Shown: positions 47,560 through 57,684 of the stretch, one piece after another | Position numbering within the stretch: the first letter of the stretch is position 1 | Layout of the letters: every line of letters starts with the position of its first letter | IMG/VR virus record: IMGVR_UViG_2571042445_000002 | From: a virus | Taxonomy: Duplodnaviria > Heunggongvirae > Uroviricota > Caudoviricetes | DNA length: 64,000 nt | Reading direction: 5' to 3' (one strand) | Notes under the pieces: model-generated | What the model was told of the DNA's origin: nothing | Databases searched by the model: none | Seen by the model: only the letters and a program-made list of their open reading frames with translations | Program-made: the position numbers and the translations under genes

Positions 47560-48051
47560 TCATGCCTCATTAGTTGAGGTTGCTGCGTCGCCGACAGGTA
47601 ACAGAACTGTATTGCGTGGTTCGCCAGCAGGCCAGCGATAGCCAGACACTCTTGATGTTGGGAATGCGCGAATATTAACAGCATCCCCCTGGTTCCCACC
47701 CAAGACAAGCAGATCGCCATTGGCGCGGCGTCCGACAACAAAGCCTACATGCCCACCGCCTGCGCGAGTAAATACAACGATACATCCGTATGCCGGTGTA
47801 TCTAATTTCTCGCCCCAATCCAGATAGGATTTTGCCGACTCAAATCTTGTTGAGCGGATGCCTACACGTTCCAGCATTGCACCGACAAATGCTGCGCACC
47901 ACGGCGTTTCATCGTCTTTAATTCCACCGCGCTTAATATCCCGCCAGAACTGGACGATCTCAGGATTGTGTTTCGCTCCTTTTATTTCGGTGACTCCAAT
48001 ATTTTTACGGGCTTCAATAAGCCAGCGAGGTTCATTATTGATCATAATCAT
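47560..48051 (-). CDS. peptidoglycan hydrolase candidate (papain-like Cys/His cell-wall peptidase)
   Basis: 163 aa; ETPWCAAFVGAMLER (Cys) and GGGHVGFVVG (His) arrangement typical of CHAP/NlpC-P60-like small phage hydrolases. Confidence 0.45.
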   Translation of the reverse strand: MIMINNEPRWLIEARKNIGVTEIKGAKHNPEIVQFWRDIKRGGIKDDETPWCAAFVGAMLERVGIRSTRFESAKSYLDWGEKLDTPAYGCIVVFTRAGGGHVGFVVGRRANGDLLVLGGNQGDAVNIRAFPTSRVSGYRWPAGEPRNTVLLPVGDAATSTNEA

Positions 48052-48238
48052 GCTCCGAATGAAAAAAGAGCAATAACTATGTTGAGAATGTGATTTCTAT
48101 TACACCAAACATTATTAAACGGCATTCATCTTTAACTTTATTCAATGTATTATCTAACAGAAAAGTTAAGTTGCGCTAAGTTAATGATAACACTGGTTAT
48201 TATTGGTTTGCGTTATTTATTTGAGAAAAGAGAAAGTT

Positions 48239-48736
48239 ATGAAAAAAGCAATATTAGCGACTATTGTTTGTGCATTTGCATTATCAGGATGCGCTCCGGT
48301 TCAGACATACAACAAGCCTCAGCAAGTAAAACAGTTTGTTAAACGCCCAGCATTCCCTGTAGAGGAATATCAGGCATTGCCGAAAAAAGGCACAGGTAAG
48401 GTTAAGGGGGAATTATTTGGAGTAACTCGCGGAGGGGATGTGAAGATTGGTGCTGGCTCCAATATCATACTGCGTCCGTATACTTCATATATCAAAAATA
48501 CCCCCAAAATTGATTACGACACTCAGACCTTAGAAATAATCGACGGCAGGGTTGCGGAATATGACAGAACTGTCCTGACTGATGCTCAAGGCAAATTTGA
48601 GTTCGAAAACGTACCACCAGGCCAGTATGAAGTGATTGGTTCGTTCAGTTGGTATGCTGGAAATTTCCCGCAAATCGTTCTTCTGAACAAAATCATTACC
48701 GTTAAGAACGGTGATGTTATCCAGGTTCAACCATGA
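48239..48736 (+). CDS. lipoprotein (possible carboxypeptidase-regulatory-like beta-sandwich domain)
   Basis: Signal peptide MKKAILATIVCAFALSGC with lipobox LSGC; C-terminal GKFEFENVPPGQYEV motif; AT-rich. Confidence 0.55.
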   Translation: MKKAILATIVCAFALSGCAPVQTYNKPQQVKQFVKRPAFPVEEYQALPKKGTGKVKGELFGVTRGGDVKIGAGSNIILRPYTSYIKNTPKIDYDTQTLEIIDGRVAEYDRTVLTDAQGKFEFENVPPGQYEVIGSFSWYAGNFPQIVLLNKIITVKNGDVIQVQP

Positions 48737-48848
48737 TCCCCTTTTGAGTAAGAACCTTCGGGGTGTGATTCTGCGAAATTAACACACTCCATACCCTCTC
48801 AAACCGTACCGCTTAAGGCGGATTTAACGGTTTTGAGGGGGGCTTCCT

Positions 48849-51800
48849 TTGGACAAAATAATTGATTCAATTAGCCAGGCCACCAGCATTGGGGCGCTGA
48901 TTGAAATTGTTAGTCGGTTGCATAAACCGCGAGCTGTAGTGACCTTTGGCGTTAAGAAAGTCGATGGCGTCAGTATTCAGAAAACACGCCGGGCAGCAAA
49001 CAACGCCGCAGTAAATCTTCTTAATTCCCTTCCGCCTGGCTTCGATGGGGCGAAATTAACTGACGAACAGCGCCAGATTCTTGCCGGGTATACCGGTGAA
49101 GGCGGCCTGACAGATGGTGAGGGCAGCCAATACGAATACTATACGCCACAGTTTATGGCAGAAGGTATATGGGATCTCTTCGGCGACTACGGTATTGATA
49201 GCGGTCACGTACTGGAACCGTCAGCAGGCACAGGTATTTTCCAGGAGACAAAACGGCAGGGCATGATAATGACCAGTGCCGAACTGTCTCCGATCTCCGG
49301 TCGAATAAACCAGCTTTTGCACCCGGAAGATGATGTGAATATCGGGGCGTTTGAGGCGCTGGCGGCGAAAGATGCAATGTATGACCACGCAGTTGGTAAC
49401 GTACCGTTTGGCGAAGGGCGTTCCGGCGTCGCCGGGCTTGATCCGGCATATGCAAACGAGAAGAACGTTGGCAATTATTTTGTGCTGCGCACGATCGACA
49501 AGGTTAAGCCTGGTGGACTAATTGTATTGGTGGTGCCGAATGGCATGACCGATGGTACGAAATACAAAAAATTGCGCGATAAAGTCAGCCGTAAAGCGGA
49601 ATTTTTGGGCGCGCATCGTATGCCTTCTGGTACGTTCAGCGAATCCGGTACAGATACCGTGGTGGACGTATGGGTATTGCGTAAACACCCGGAAACCTTC
49701 CTGGAGATGATCCCCGACACGGATGATGCAACGCTCAAATCGGCAAACGTCCTTTGGGATACCTTCCTCAAAGGGAAATGGTTTACAACCGAAGGGAAGC
49801 GATTTGTTTACGGCGACATGGAACGCACCAGCTTCCGCAATACCCTGGTGGTGAAAAAGGACGGTCGTGTATCCAATGAGTCGATGAAAACCGCGTTATC
49901 ATGCCGCTTTGAAAGCCGTATTAATTGGGATTTGCTCGGAGTAACTACCCAGGCATGGCAGGGCGCAAAAGTAGGGGATAAGCGTCTTGTAGGCGGTATC
50001 TGGCATGAGTTTGATGGCCTGAAATGGGTTAAGGACACGACAACCAAATCCTCCGCGCTTGATGTAAGTCGATATGGTGTTTCGACGTTTGGCGATCTGC
50101 AGATCGCGTTCCAGTCAACAAACGGGATTCTGGCTTTGTCATGGGACCAGATATCGGCGATCGCGTCCGACTATCCATCGGTTGTCAGTGATGAAGTGGC
50201 AGCAATGATTCGCTTTGCTGGCAAACAGCGAGAAAAAGACAGGGAGCGCGTTATGCGCGGTGCGTTGATAGGGCAGTTGATCAACAAGGCACTTGATTTG
50301 CGTAACCTGGGGGTGAACGTTGATGACAAACTGGCAGATGCATCCCGCCTGGCGGCAGCAGAAGTTGCGAAGTATGGACCACCGCACGCGATTAAGCTGA
50401 ATGGGCTTGCTGAAGCTGGCGCTAAAAACTGGATGACGTTCACTGGCAATGTGAAACAGGATGGTTCCACTTCTGACCTTCTGGCAGGGCGACTTGATGT
50501 AACGGATGGTGCTGCCGGTATTGACTTTACACGTCCGGAACAAGTGATAGCACATCTTTTCAGTGATGTAGCCCTTAATCCTATAACGCTGGGCGACTTT
50601 CGTGAGGCGTTTGCTGGTGAACTGCCAGAGGACGACGACGCGGCCCTTGAATACCTGGCGAAATTTGATGATATCGCTATTGATGGGTATGGCTGCCTGC
50701 TGCCGATGGACCGCGCCACCAGCGGCGATATTGTAACCAAAACAGCATTGCTGGTGGGCTGGCGTGATGCATCAACAGGTGAGCAGAAAGCGAACTTTGA
50801 GCGTCAGTTGGCGAAAATCGAAGAGAAACGCATTTTCACGCCACTAAATAAAGTCACCGTTAATCTGAACGCCCGCTGGCTGGATCGCCGCTTGATAAAA
50901 GAGTTCCTGGCAGAGCAGGGCTATGACGAGTTTAAGTACACTGAACCTGATCTGAAGGTCGTCGATGGCATTCTGGTATCTCCGGACGATTACGAAGGTA
51001 AGGACGGGGTATTTACCGGCTATCAGCTACGAACCGTAAACGGCAAAAACGGGAATGAGTTCAAGAAGGCCAACAATAAAGACGGCTTCCTGAACCAGTT
51101 AGAAAACTACCTGAACGGTGTTAAACCGCGTGGGCAGAACGCTAACGAGTACCTGGATAAAATTGCTCAACTGGAAGTTAGCTTTAACGACTGGTTACGC
51201 ACCCACCCGCAGGCGGATCAGATAGCCCGTGACTATAACGACGCATTCAATGGCTTCATTCCGTTCACGCACTCTAACGCACCGCTTGGCCTGGAAGGGA
51301 TTAGTGGAAAGCGCATTCCTCTGACTTATCAGAATGAAGAAGTTCGTCGCTTGTCAGAAGATGGGCGCGGCATCATGGGATTTGGTACCGGGCTGGGTAA
51401 AACCACGACCGCGCTTGCGCTTGAGGCGTATAACTTCGAAACAGGTCGTACTAAACGCACGTGTATTGTTGTTCCGAAGGCGGTTTATCAGAACTGGTAT
51501 CACGAGGCACAGAGCTTCTACAGTGCTGATGCCTTCGCCAATATGATGTTTATCGGTCTGGATGAAGTTCGTGATGACAGCGGAAATATTCTGACCGCTC
51601 CGGTGCTTGATGAAAATGGCGAACCCCGCCTCGACAGTAACGGGCAGCCTCTTACCAGAAATGTTGTGAAAGAGTCCGCCAGCGCCGTTATCGTTCAGCG
51701 CATGAACATGATCCCGTCGTCAAATTGGCGAACGGTCATCATGACAAAAGAACAATTCGCGTCTATCCCGCTACGAGAAAAAACCATCGAGGAGAACTCA

Positions 51801-54800
51801 CAGCAAGCTGTCTTTAATGCTGTGGAAATGGGGCGTCTTGACCTGGCGTCTGGTAAACACCGTGATGCGCAGAAGAAGAACAAGATTAAGGATCAGGCCG
51901 CGAATACCGGTACAACGAAGAAGCAGAATATCCCGTACTTTGAGGATATGAACTTCGATAGCGTGATAGCCGACGAGGGGCATAACTACCGCAACTCCTT
52001 TAATGCCGGGCGTGAAGCGGGACAACTGGCATATTTGCCTAACCCGGCAGTATCCAAGATGGCCCGCGACATGGCTGTAAAAGCTGCGTACATGATGAAA
52101 CGCAACAACGGGCGTGGTGTAGTCATGCTGACGGCAACACCGCTGGTGAACAGTCCGATTGATGCCTTCAACATGCTGTCTACTGTCATTCCGCAGGAAG
52201 AGTGGATGCGCATGGGCATCATTACGCCTGATGATTTCGTTCGTGTGTTTGGTAAAACAGCCACAGTTCAGGTCCAGAAAATTTCCGGGGAAGTGGAAGA
52301 GAAGCAGGGGCTGGTTGGCTTCCAGAACCTTGATGGCCTGCGTGGTATTTTCCATCGCTGGACTACTCTGAAGACTGCTGCGGACGTCGGGGCGACGGTT
52401 AAAATCCCTGATATTGTCGAGAATACCTTGCAGATCCCGATGACAGGGGAGCAGGAGGCTGCTTATGAAGAGCTTCGTAAGCGTGCACAGGAGTTAAGTA
52501 GTAAAGATGCGCTGACGGTTGATGAAAACGGGCATATCACAAACGAAAAACCGGATGATTTCATCTTCTCCATCATCCGCGACATGGATAAGGTTGCTAT
52601 AGATCCGGATCTGTATGCCAGTGCGATTACATTCCAGTTCCCCGTTGAGCTTGCAGACAAGGTAAAAGCTATTGCTGATGCCCTGCCAAAAGTAGCTGGC
52701 GGTAAAGTGGCAGATGATGCAGACGAGGCCGAAGAAGACGGCGCTGGTGGGCTGGTTAGTACGCGCACCAGTAAGGTAGTGAAGACCACCTTTAGTGAAC
52801 ATCCGGCGCATGTTGAAATACGTGCCAGCATTGAACTGGAAGCTGAAATACTGAAGGCCATTGCTGCCGCCGGGATTGATATGCAGCAGGTATCACACCC
52901 AATCCCGCCGAAGTATGCCGCGCTGATCGAAAACCTTCGTGAAGGTCTGAAGAACGGTAAACAAATTGTCTTCATTGATGAAAAAGCCCAGCACCAGAAG
53001 CTGCGCCGTATTATCGCCAGTGCACTGCAAATGCCGGAGCAGGAGATAGGCATTATCAATGCGACGACCGTTAGCCAGGCTGGCGGCATCAAGCTGAAGA
53101 AGGTGAATAAGCCGACTGAACCTACTCCGAATAAAAATGGTGAATACAAAGAAGGGGCATGGGAAACCTACTACAGCAAACTTGCCCAATATGAGGATTA
53201 TCTCTCAGCTAAAAATGATGCTGGCCTTGAGGGTATGGAAGGCATTGCCGCCGACTATAACGAAGGGCGCACGCGCATAATTATCTGTAACAAGAAGGCT
53301 GAAGTAGGTATTAACCTGCATATCGGGACAACCGATATCCACCACCTGACACTACCCTGGACACCAGCCAGTATCGACCAACGAAATGGGCGCGGTGCGC
53401 GCGTAGGTTCACCGCAAGAGAAGGTCAATGTTCACTACTATTGTGGCAAAGGCACATTCGACGACTTCCGTCTGGATACGCTGAAACGTAAGAAAGACTG
53501 GATCAAGATGGTGATGACCTCCGACATGTCAGAGATCGCCAATGGTGATGCGGATGATGCTGATGAACGCGCCATTATGCTGGCGGCAAACCCGGAAGAA
53601 CGCCGCGCAATCATGGCTCGCCAGGCGCAAGAGCGTGAAGAACGTCTGAAACTGAAAGCACAGCGCGAGGCCAACAATGCTCTCGATATCTACCTGAAAG
53701 CGGCAAACGCCGCTGGAAAAGATATCGGCATGATGGAGACAGAACTGAAAAGCGCGATGGAACAGATAGAGTATTACCAGCGAAATCTTGACGACCTGAT
53801 AAAAGCGGGTACGAACAGGAATGGGCAAAAATTCGCGCTTGAGCAGTTGAGTAGCTACAGAAAACGTGCGCGGGTGCTGCGGTTTGCGATCACCAGGGCA
53901 AAAGACGCGGATACCATAATGAAACGCTCTCGTGGTGATGTGGAGCGCGCTATTAAGTCTGGTGTGCTGGATATCAGTATCGATGTTATTCAGAACCCAC
54001 AGGAATATATGCGCACTGACAAGAATATCCTGTTGCATAAAGGTAGTTATTACCGTGCAGTCATTGATGATCGCGAAACAACAGCGATTGTCCGGGTGGA
54101 AAAAATTGACGGTGAAAAAGCACAATACCTCTGCCGTATCGCCTGGCTGGATAGAGCAAGTCGTTACGCTCGAGCACCGGGGTCAATCGTTACATTGCCG
54201 TTTGACTCTGTGATTGAAGCGGTAACTTTTGAAGAGGGGGTAGCTGAATCGCGCGCAACGGCTGCGCGTGGTGTTCAGTGCCACCAGCTATCAACAATAC
54301 TTACTCGCGATCAGTTCTATGATGCTATTCGCAATGGGGTAATGAATGTTATTGCTGGTAAACCTGGTAATGCATGGGGCGGTGGGTCAGCTATTAAATA
54401 CTGGGCATATCGCACAGATGATGGTCAGATCGCGCTGTCATCGGCCTATGATGGCGTGATAGGCCAAAAAATCGGGCGAGCATCGGATATAGCACCTGAA
54501 CGATGGATATATCCAGATGGCAACGATGAGGCGCTGAAGCGTGAAGTGGCAAAAATACAAGCCAGTGATAACCCGCTGAATATCGTGGACGGCGAGGGAT
54601 TCCTCCAGGCATTGTATGGGTATGATTACATCCAGGGAATGCAGGCATGGGGCGCACAGGCAACGATGGATGATGTTGTCCAGGAGTTCGAAAACTGGAT
54701 GGCTGGGCGTGGTCTGTCAGGTCGTTCGCTTAATAAAGTCACTTCTGAAGATATTCTTAGCTTGTTCCGCAAACCGTCCGGAGAAGGTCTGGAATCATTC

Positions 54801-55685
54801 TGGAGGACCGTGCTGGCATACCGTTTATTCAAGGGCAGAATGAAAGCCTTTAGCAATATCGATGATATTGAACGGATGTTTAATCAGGTCAAGATCGCCA
54901 AAATTAAGACGAAGATCGAAAAAACACGTTCTGCGCTGGTGGCCTGGCGCGATGCATTGTTTGAGCAATATAAATCACTCAGTGATGCAGATGGATGGGC
55001 GGCATTGGAACAGTTGGCGAATAATGGGGTAGATGGAGCGAAACTCGCCATAGTCCAGGCTGATAACCCCCTGGAATCACCGGCAGCACAGTGGATTAAG
55101 GTGGGGGCTGTCATCAATGCATTTGATGAAAAACACATTAGTAAGGACGATTTTGCTGATGCTGTTTCTGTTAATCGCCTGGTAGAAATGGCTACCCGCC
55201 GCGCCCGTGAGTTGAAAGACGGTGACTATGTGAATGAGTTGCCGGATGCGCTCAAATCAGCAACGTGGCAAGACTATGTATCGCTGAAAAACGGCGGGGC
55301 CACCGAATCAGAGATCGCGGAAAGGCTTGAACAGGCTGAAAGCAAAAGAGAAGAGCAGGCGGCAGTGGCTGAAGCCAGAGCTGATGAAGCGGCGAATGAT
55401 GACTATATCATTGTGGTTAATGATAAGCCGATTCGCGCTAAGGCGCGTGTTCGCGGGCGCTGGTGGAGTGTCAGCGAGGACGTCGGTGCGGTTTATCTCA
55501 TTGCCGACCAACCAGGTTCCTCGACAATACGGAACGCCAAAGACGCGATTAAGAAGATTGGCGGGCGTTTCTGGAATTTTGAAGCAAACCCGGTTGCTGA
55601 TGTGAACTTTGACCGTCCTGCATGGATGGTATCTACGCGTTACTCGGTAGATGAACTGCGTAAAATAATCGCCGATGCGGCCTAA
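48849..55685 (+). CDS. darB: DarB-like giant N6-adenine methyltransferase / SF2 helicase fusion (anti-restriction candidate)
   Basis: 2278 aa; MTase motif I VLEPSAGTGIF and motif IV-like GNVPFG near N-terminus; helicase motifs GFGTGLGKTT (Walker A), VIADEGHNYRN (DExH), LTATPLVNS, RNGRGARVG; size matches P1 DarB as recalled; TTG start. Confidence 0.7.
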   Translation: MDKIIDSISQATSIGALIEIVSRLHKPRAVVTFGVKKVDGVSIQKTRRAANNAAVNLLNSLPPGFDGAKLTDEQRQILAGYTGEGGLTDGEGSQYEYYTPQFMAEGIWDLFGDYGIDSGHVLEPSAGTGIFQETKRQGMIMTSAELSPISGRINQLLHPEDDVNIGAFEALAAKDAMYDHAVGNVPFGEGRSGVAGLDPAYANEKNVGNYFVLRTIDKVKPGGLIVLVVPNGMTDGTKYKKLRDKVSRKAEFLGAHRMPSGTFSESGTDTVVDVWVLRKHPETFLEMIPDTDDATLKSANVLWDTFLKGKWFTTEGKRFVYGDMERTSFRNTLVVKKDGRVSNESMKTALSCRFESRINWDLLGVTTQAWQGAKVGDKRLVGGIWHEFDGLKWVKDTTTKSSALDVSRYGVSTFGDLQIAFQSTNGILALSWDQISAIASDYPSVVSDEVAAMIRFAGKQREKDRERVMRGALIGQLINKALDLRNLGVNVDDKLADASRLAAAEVAKYGPPHAIKLNGLAEAGAKNWMTFTGNVKQDGSTSDLLAGRLDVTDGAAGIDFTRPEQVIAHLFSDVALNPITLGDFREAFAGELPEDDDAALEYLAKFDDIAIDGYGCLLPMDRATSGDIVTKTALLVGWRDASTGEQKANFERQLAKIEEKRIFTPLNKVTVNLNARWLDRRLIKEFLAEQGYDEFKYTEPDLKVVDGILVSPDDYEGKDGVFTGYQLRTVNGKNGNEFKKANNKDGFLNQLENYLNGVKPRGQNANEYLDKIAQLEVSFNDWLRTHPQADQIARDYNDAFNGFIPFTHSNAPLGLEGISGKRIPLTYQNEEVRRLSEDGRGIMGFGTGLGKTTTALALEAYNFETGRTKRTCIVVPKAVYQNWYHEAQSFYSADAFANMMFIGLDEVRDDSGNILTAPVLDENGEPRLDSNGQPLTRNVVKESASAVIVQRMNMIPSSNWRTVIMTKEQFASIPLREKTIEENSQQAVFNAVEMGRLDLASGKHRDAQKKNKIKDQAANTGTTKKQNIPYFEDMNFDSVIADEGHNYRNSFNAGREAGQLAYLPNPAVSKMARDMAVKAAYMMKRNNGRGVVMLTATPLVNSPIDAFNMLSTVIPQEEWMRMGIITPDDFVRVFGKTATVQVQKISGEVEEKQGLVGFQNLDGLRGIFHRWTTLKTAADVGATVKIPDIVENTLQIPMTGEQEAAYEELRKRAQELSSKDALTVDENGHITNEKPDDFIFSIIRDMDKVAIDPDLYASAITFQFPVELADKVKAIADALPKVAGGKVADDADEAEEDGAGGLVSTRTSKVVKTTFSEHPAHVEIRASIELEAEILKAIAAAGIDMQQVSHPIPPKYAALIENLREGLKNGKQIVFIDEKAQHQKLRRIIASALQMPEQEIGIINATTVSQAGGIKLKKVNKPTEPTPNKNGEYKEGAWETYYSKLAQYEDYLSAKNDAGLEGMEGIAADYNEGRTRIIICNKKAEVGINLHIGTTDIHHLTLPWTPASIDQRNGRGARVGSPQEKVNVHYYCGKGTFDDFRLDTLKRKKDWIKMVMTSDMSEIANGDADDADERAIMLAANPEERRAIMARQAQEREERLKLKAQREANNALDIYLKAANAAGKDIGMMETELKSAMEQIEYYQRNLDDLIKAGTNRNGQKFALEQLSSYRKRARVLRFAITRAKDADTIMKRSRGDVERAIKSGVLDISIDVIQNPQEYMRTDKNILLHKGSYYRAVIDDRETTAIVRVEKIDGEKAQYLCRIAWLDRASRYARAPGSIVTLPFDSVIEAVTFEEGVAESRATAARGVQCHQLSTILTRDQFYDAIRNGVMNVIAGKPGNAWGGGSAIKYWAYRTDDGQIALSSAYDGVIGQKIGRASDIAPERWIYPDGNDEALKREVAKIQASDNPLNIVDGEGFLQALYGYDYIQGMQAWGAQATMDDVVQEFENWMAGRGLSGRSLNKVTSEDILSLFRKPSGEGLESFWRTVLAYRLFKGRMKAFSNIDDIERMFNQVKIAKIKTKIEKTRSALVAWRDALFEQYKSLSDADGWAALEQLANNGVDGAKLAIVQADNPLESPAAQWIKVGAVINAFDEKHISKDDFADAVSVNRLVEMATRRARELKDGDYVNELPDALKSATWQDYVSLKNGGATESEIAERLEQAESKREEQAAVAEARADEAANDDYIIVVNDKPIRAKARVRGRWWSVSEDVGAVYLIADQPGSSTIRNAKDAIKKIGGRFWNFEANPVADVNFDRPAWMVSTRYSVDELRKIIADAA

Positions 55686-55721
55686 CAGATAAGGAGCGGC
55701 CCCAACCGGGGCCGAATTTGA

Positions 55722-56156
55722 ATGACGACATTAATTGACACTGTAAAACCGACGGAATCCTACCTTGAGGACATTTTGCCGCAGGCGCTCAATGGCAGGA
55801 GTGAAGAGGCGTTTCTGGATGCATATCTGGATGGCATGGCGGAAAGGCTGAAAAGAGATCCACAGCTTTATCATCTTTATGGGCCGTGGTGGCCTGCGCT
55901 TAAAACGTTATTGCTGGAGCGTGGCGACATATCATTTGGACAAGTTGTAGATAGTGATGTGGCAGAAATCTACAAAATGAGTCGCCCGGCGCTTACGGTT
56001 TTAGCCGGGCATCTGTATTCGAGCGATCGCCTGGAAAATGACGCGGTATACAATCCCGTTCATGCTCTGGAAGTCGCGCCTTATGCTGATGATACAGAGC
56101 CATACGTATACACAAGTTACGACGAGTCTATAGAGAAATATCGAATCGTGGGGTAG
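55722..56156 (+). CDS. hypothetical protein
   Basis: 144-aa ORF after GC hairpin 55697-55714. Confidence 0.4.
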   Translation: MTTLIDTVKPTESYLEDILPQALNGRSEEAFLDAYLDGMAERLKRDPQLYHLYGPWWPALKTLLLERGDISFGQVVDSDVAEIYKMSRPALTVLAGHLYSSDRLENDAVYNPVHALEVAPYADDTEPYVYTSYDESIEKYRIVG

Positions 56157-56158
56157 CC

Positions 56159-56419
56159 ATGCGGAAGAATCGTAGGTTTACGATCGACGACTTAAAAGCG
56201 TACTCACAAGGGAAGGGATACGCCCTTGAATACCACCGTTATAAGCGGGTATTTACCCTGCGGCATATAGAAAACCCTTCGAAATGGGGATGGATTTATT
56301 TTCCGCACACTGACGATAAGCTGGTGGGACTTGTTGATGATTTATCCTATGAAGGATGGATGATTGCTATCGACAAGGCGGTTACGGAAATTAACGAACC
56401 TGATAAAATAAACCATTAA
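56159..56419 (+). CDS. hypothetical protein
   Basis: 86-aa ORF, 2-nt gap from previous gene. Confidence 0.4.
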   Translation: MRKNRRFTIDDLKAYSQGKGYALEYHRYKRVFTLRHIENPSKWGWIYFPHTDDKLVGLVDDLSYEGWMIAIDKAVTEINEPDKINH

Positions 56420-56593
56420 AAATAACAAGTTGGGTAAATGACATACAATTTACCCGGCTTGTTGACCCGCATCACCATTTACTCTAAAAACAAGTCCGAC
56501 CTGTTGCATCCGCCTATCTCTTCAGTAGTATTCCCCTCGGTTTTGATAAAACTAACGCTCTTGTTATTATCGTGTTCATGATTTCAGGAAGTT

Positions 56594-56609
56594 TGTGTTA
56601 GAAATTTGA
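56594..56609. promoter_or_regulatory. operator-like motif TGTGTTAGAAATTTGA abutting the VRR-NUC start codon
   Basis: Motif ends at the ATG 56609; no SD present. Confidence 0.45.
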
Positions 56610-57052
56610 TGCGAAGACGCAGGCATCATAGTGCGTATTCTGAAATATCCCCGCACGCTGCTGCACTGAGAGAGTTAGAAAGAAATCCTGACTTATTAAA
56701 ACGGAATTACGAACATTACGAACAGGTTCGCGTTCTGGATTGGCTGTATCGCAACATGCGATACGTGTATGAGCACACACACTCAACACCGAACGGCGGC
56801 CTGAGAGGCAAAAGGACAGCCATTAAGATGGTGGCAGAAGGTCAGAAGAAGGGCTATCCGGACCTTTCTATTGACCTTGCTCGTGGTGGGTATCACGGAA
56901 TGCGCATTGAGATGAAGCACGGGAGAAACCGTCTGACTCCCGAACAGCTCGTCTGGATGACTCGCCTCACGGAAGCAGGCTATTACTGCTTTGAGGCGCG
57001 CAGTGCCGATGAAGCCATAAAAGCTATCACTGAATATGTAAATCTTGATTAA
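56609..57052 (+). CDS. VRR-NUC domain nuclease
   Basis: YEHYEQVRVLDWL ... GYPDLSIDLARGGYHGMRIEMKHGRNRLTPEQ matches VRR-NUC (PD-(D/E)xK) pattern. Confidence 0.55.
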   Translation: MRRRRHHSAYSEISPHAAALRELERNPDLLKRNYEHYEQVRVLDWLYRNMRYVYEHTHSTPNGGLRGKRTAIKMVAEGQKKGYPDLSIDLARGGYHGMRIEMKHGRNRLTPEQLVWMTRLTEAGYYCFEARSADEAIKAITEYVNLD

Positions 57053-57066
57053 ACGGAGAAATCGTT

Positions 57067-57267
57067 TTGCGTTTACTTAACGTGGCTGAACTTATCCCTG
57101 CCAGTGCTAACGTTGTTGCTCGTCGCTGCTCATGGCCTCATTCTTTCTGTATAGAGCTTAAAAAGATGGATGATGGGGCATTAGAAGCCCGAAACATAGT
57201 TACCGGCGACAAGGTATGCATTACCCCGGAAAGCGCGAAAGCCAATGATTGGGAGTTTGTTCATTGA
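57067..57267 (+). CDS. hypothetical small protein
   Basis: 66-aa ORF. Confidence 0.3.
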   Translation: MRLLNVAELIPASANVVARRCSWPHSFCIELKKMDDGALEARNIVTGDKVCITPESAKANDWEFVH

Positions 57268-57575
57268 GCAGAAAACACCACGTAAATCTGACGTTTGCTG
57301 ATGACGCCGGAAGAACCAGAAGCATAACCATGAAAGTTGCTTCCAGGAAAGTAACCGCGCCACTTATACGAGAGGCCGTAAGTGAACTTGATATGAGTGA
57401 GAATGCAGCTCTGTTATCGGTAAGCTGGCTGGGGAAAATGACGGATCAGGAATACTCGGATGGTATACCCCACGGTGAGCGGCAGATAGTAAAGCGCGCG
57501 TTTAGAATTTCAGAGGTAGTTGTCGTACTGATAGCTTTGATTTATATGGCATACATGCTACTCCAACACGTCTAA
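57249..57575 (+). CDS. hypothetical protein with C-terminal transmembrane helix
   Basis: C-terminus VVVVLIALIYMAYMLL. Confidence 0.3.
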   Translation: MGVCSLSRKHHVNLTFADDAGRTRSITMKVASRKVTAPLIREAVSELDMSENAALLSVSWLGKMTDQEYSDGIPHGERQIVKRAFRISEVVVVLIALIYMAYMLLQHV

Positions 57576-57646
57576 ACGGTCATAAACCCGCCAGTTGGCG
57601 GGTTTTTTGTTGCCTGAGTCTTTTTATTGAAATTGCATACTAATAA

Positions 57647-57670
57647 AATATGTTAGAAAACTAATTTCAA
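57647..57670. promoter_or_regulatory. operator-like motif AATATGTTAGAAAACTAATTTCAAG upstream of 57685 gene
   Basis: Core TGTTAGAAAA 57651-57660. Confidence 0.45.
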
Positions 57671-57684
57671 GAAAGGGAACAAAC

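Noticed and set aside
49153-54125. Multiple 60-230 aa ORFs on the minus strand and in alternative frames inside the 2278-aa gene (e.g. 50171-50740, 52463-53149, 53529-54125)
   Set aside because: All lie within a long ORF with coherent MTase and helicase motifs; translations are low-complexity; treated as shadow ORFs.
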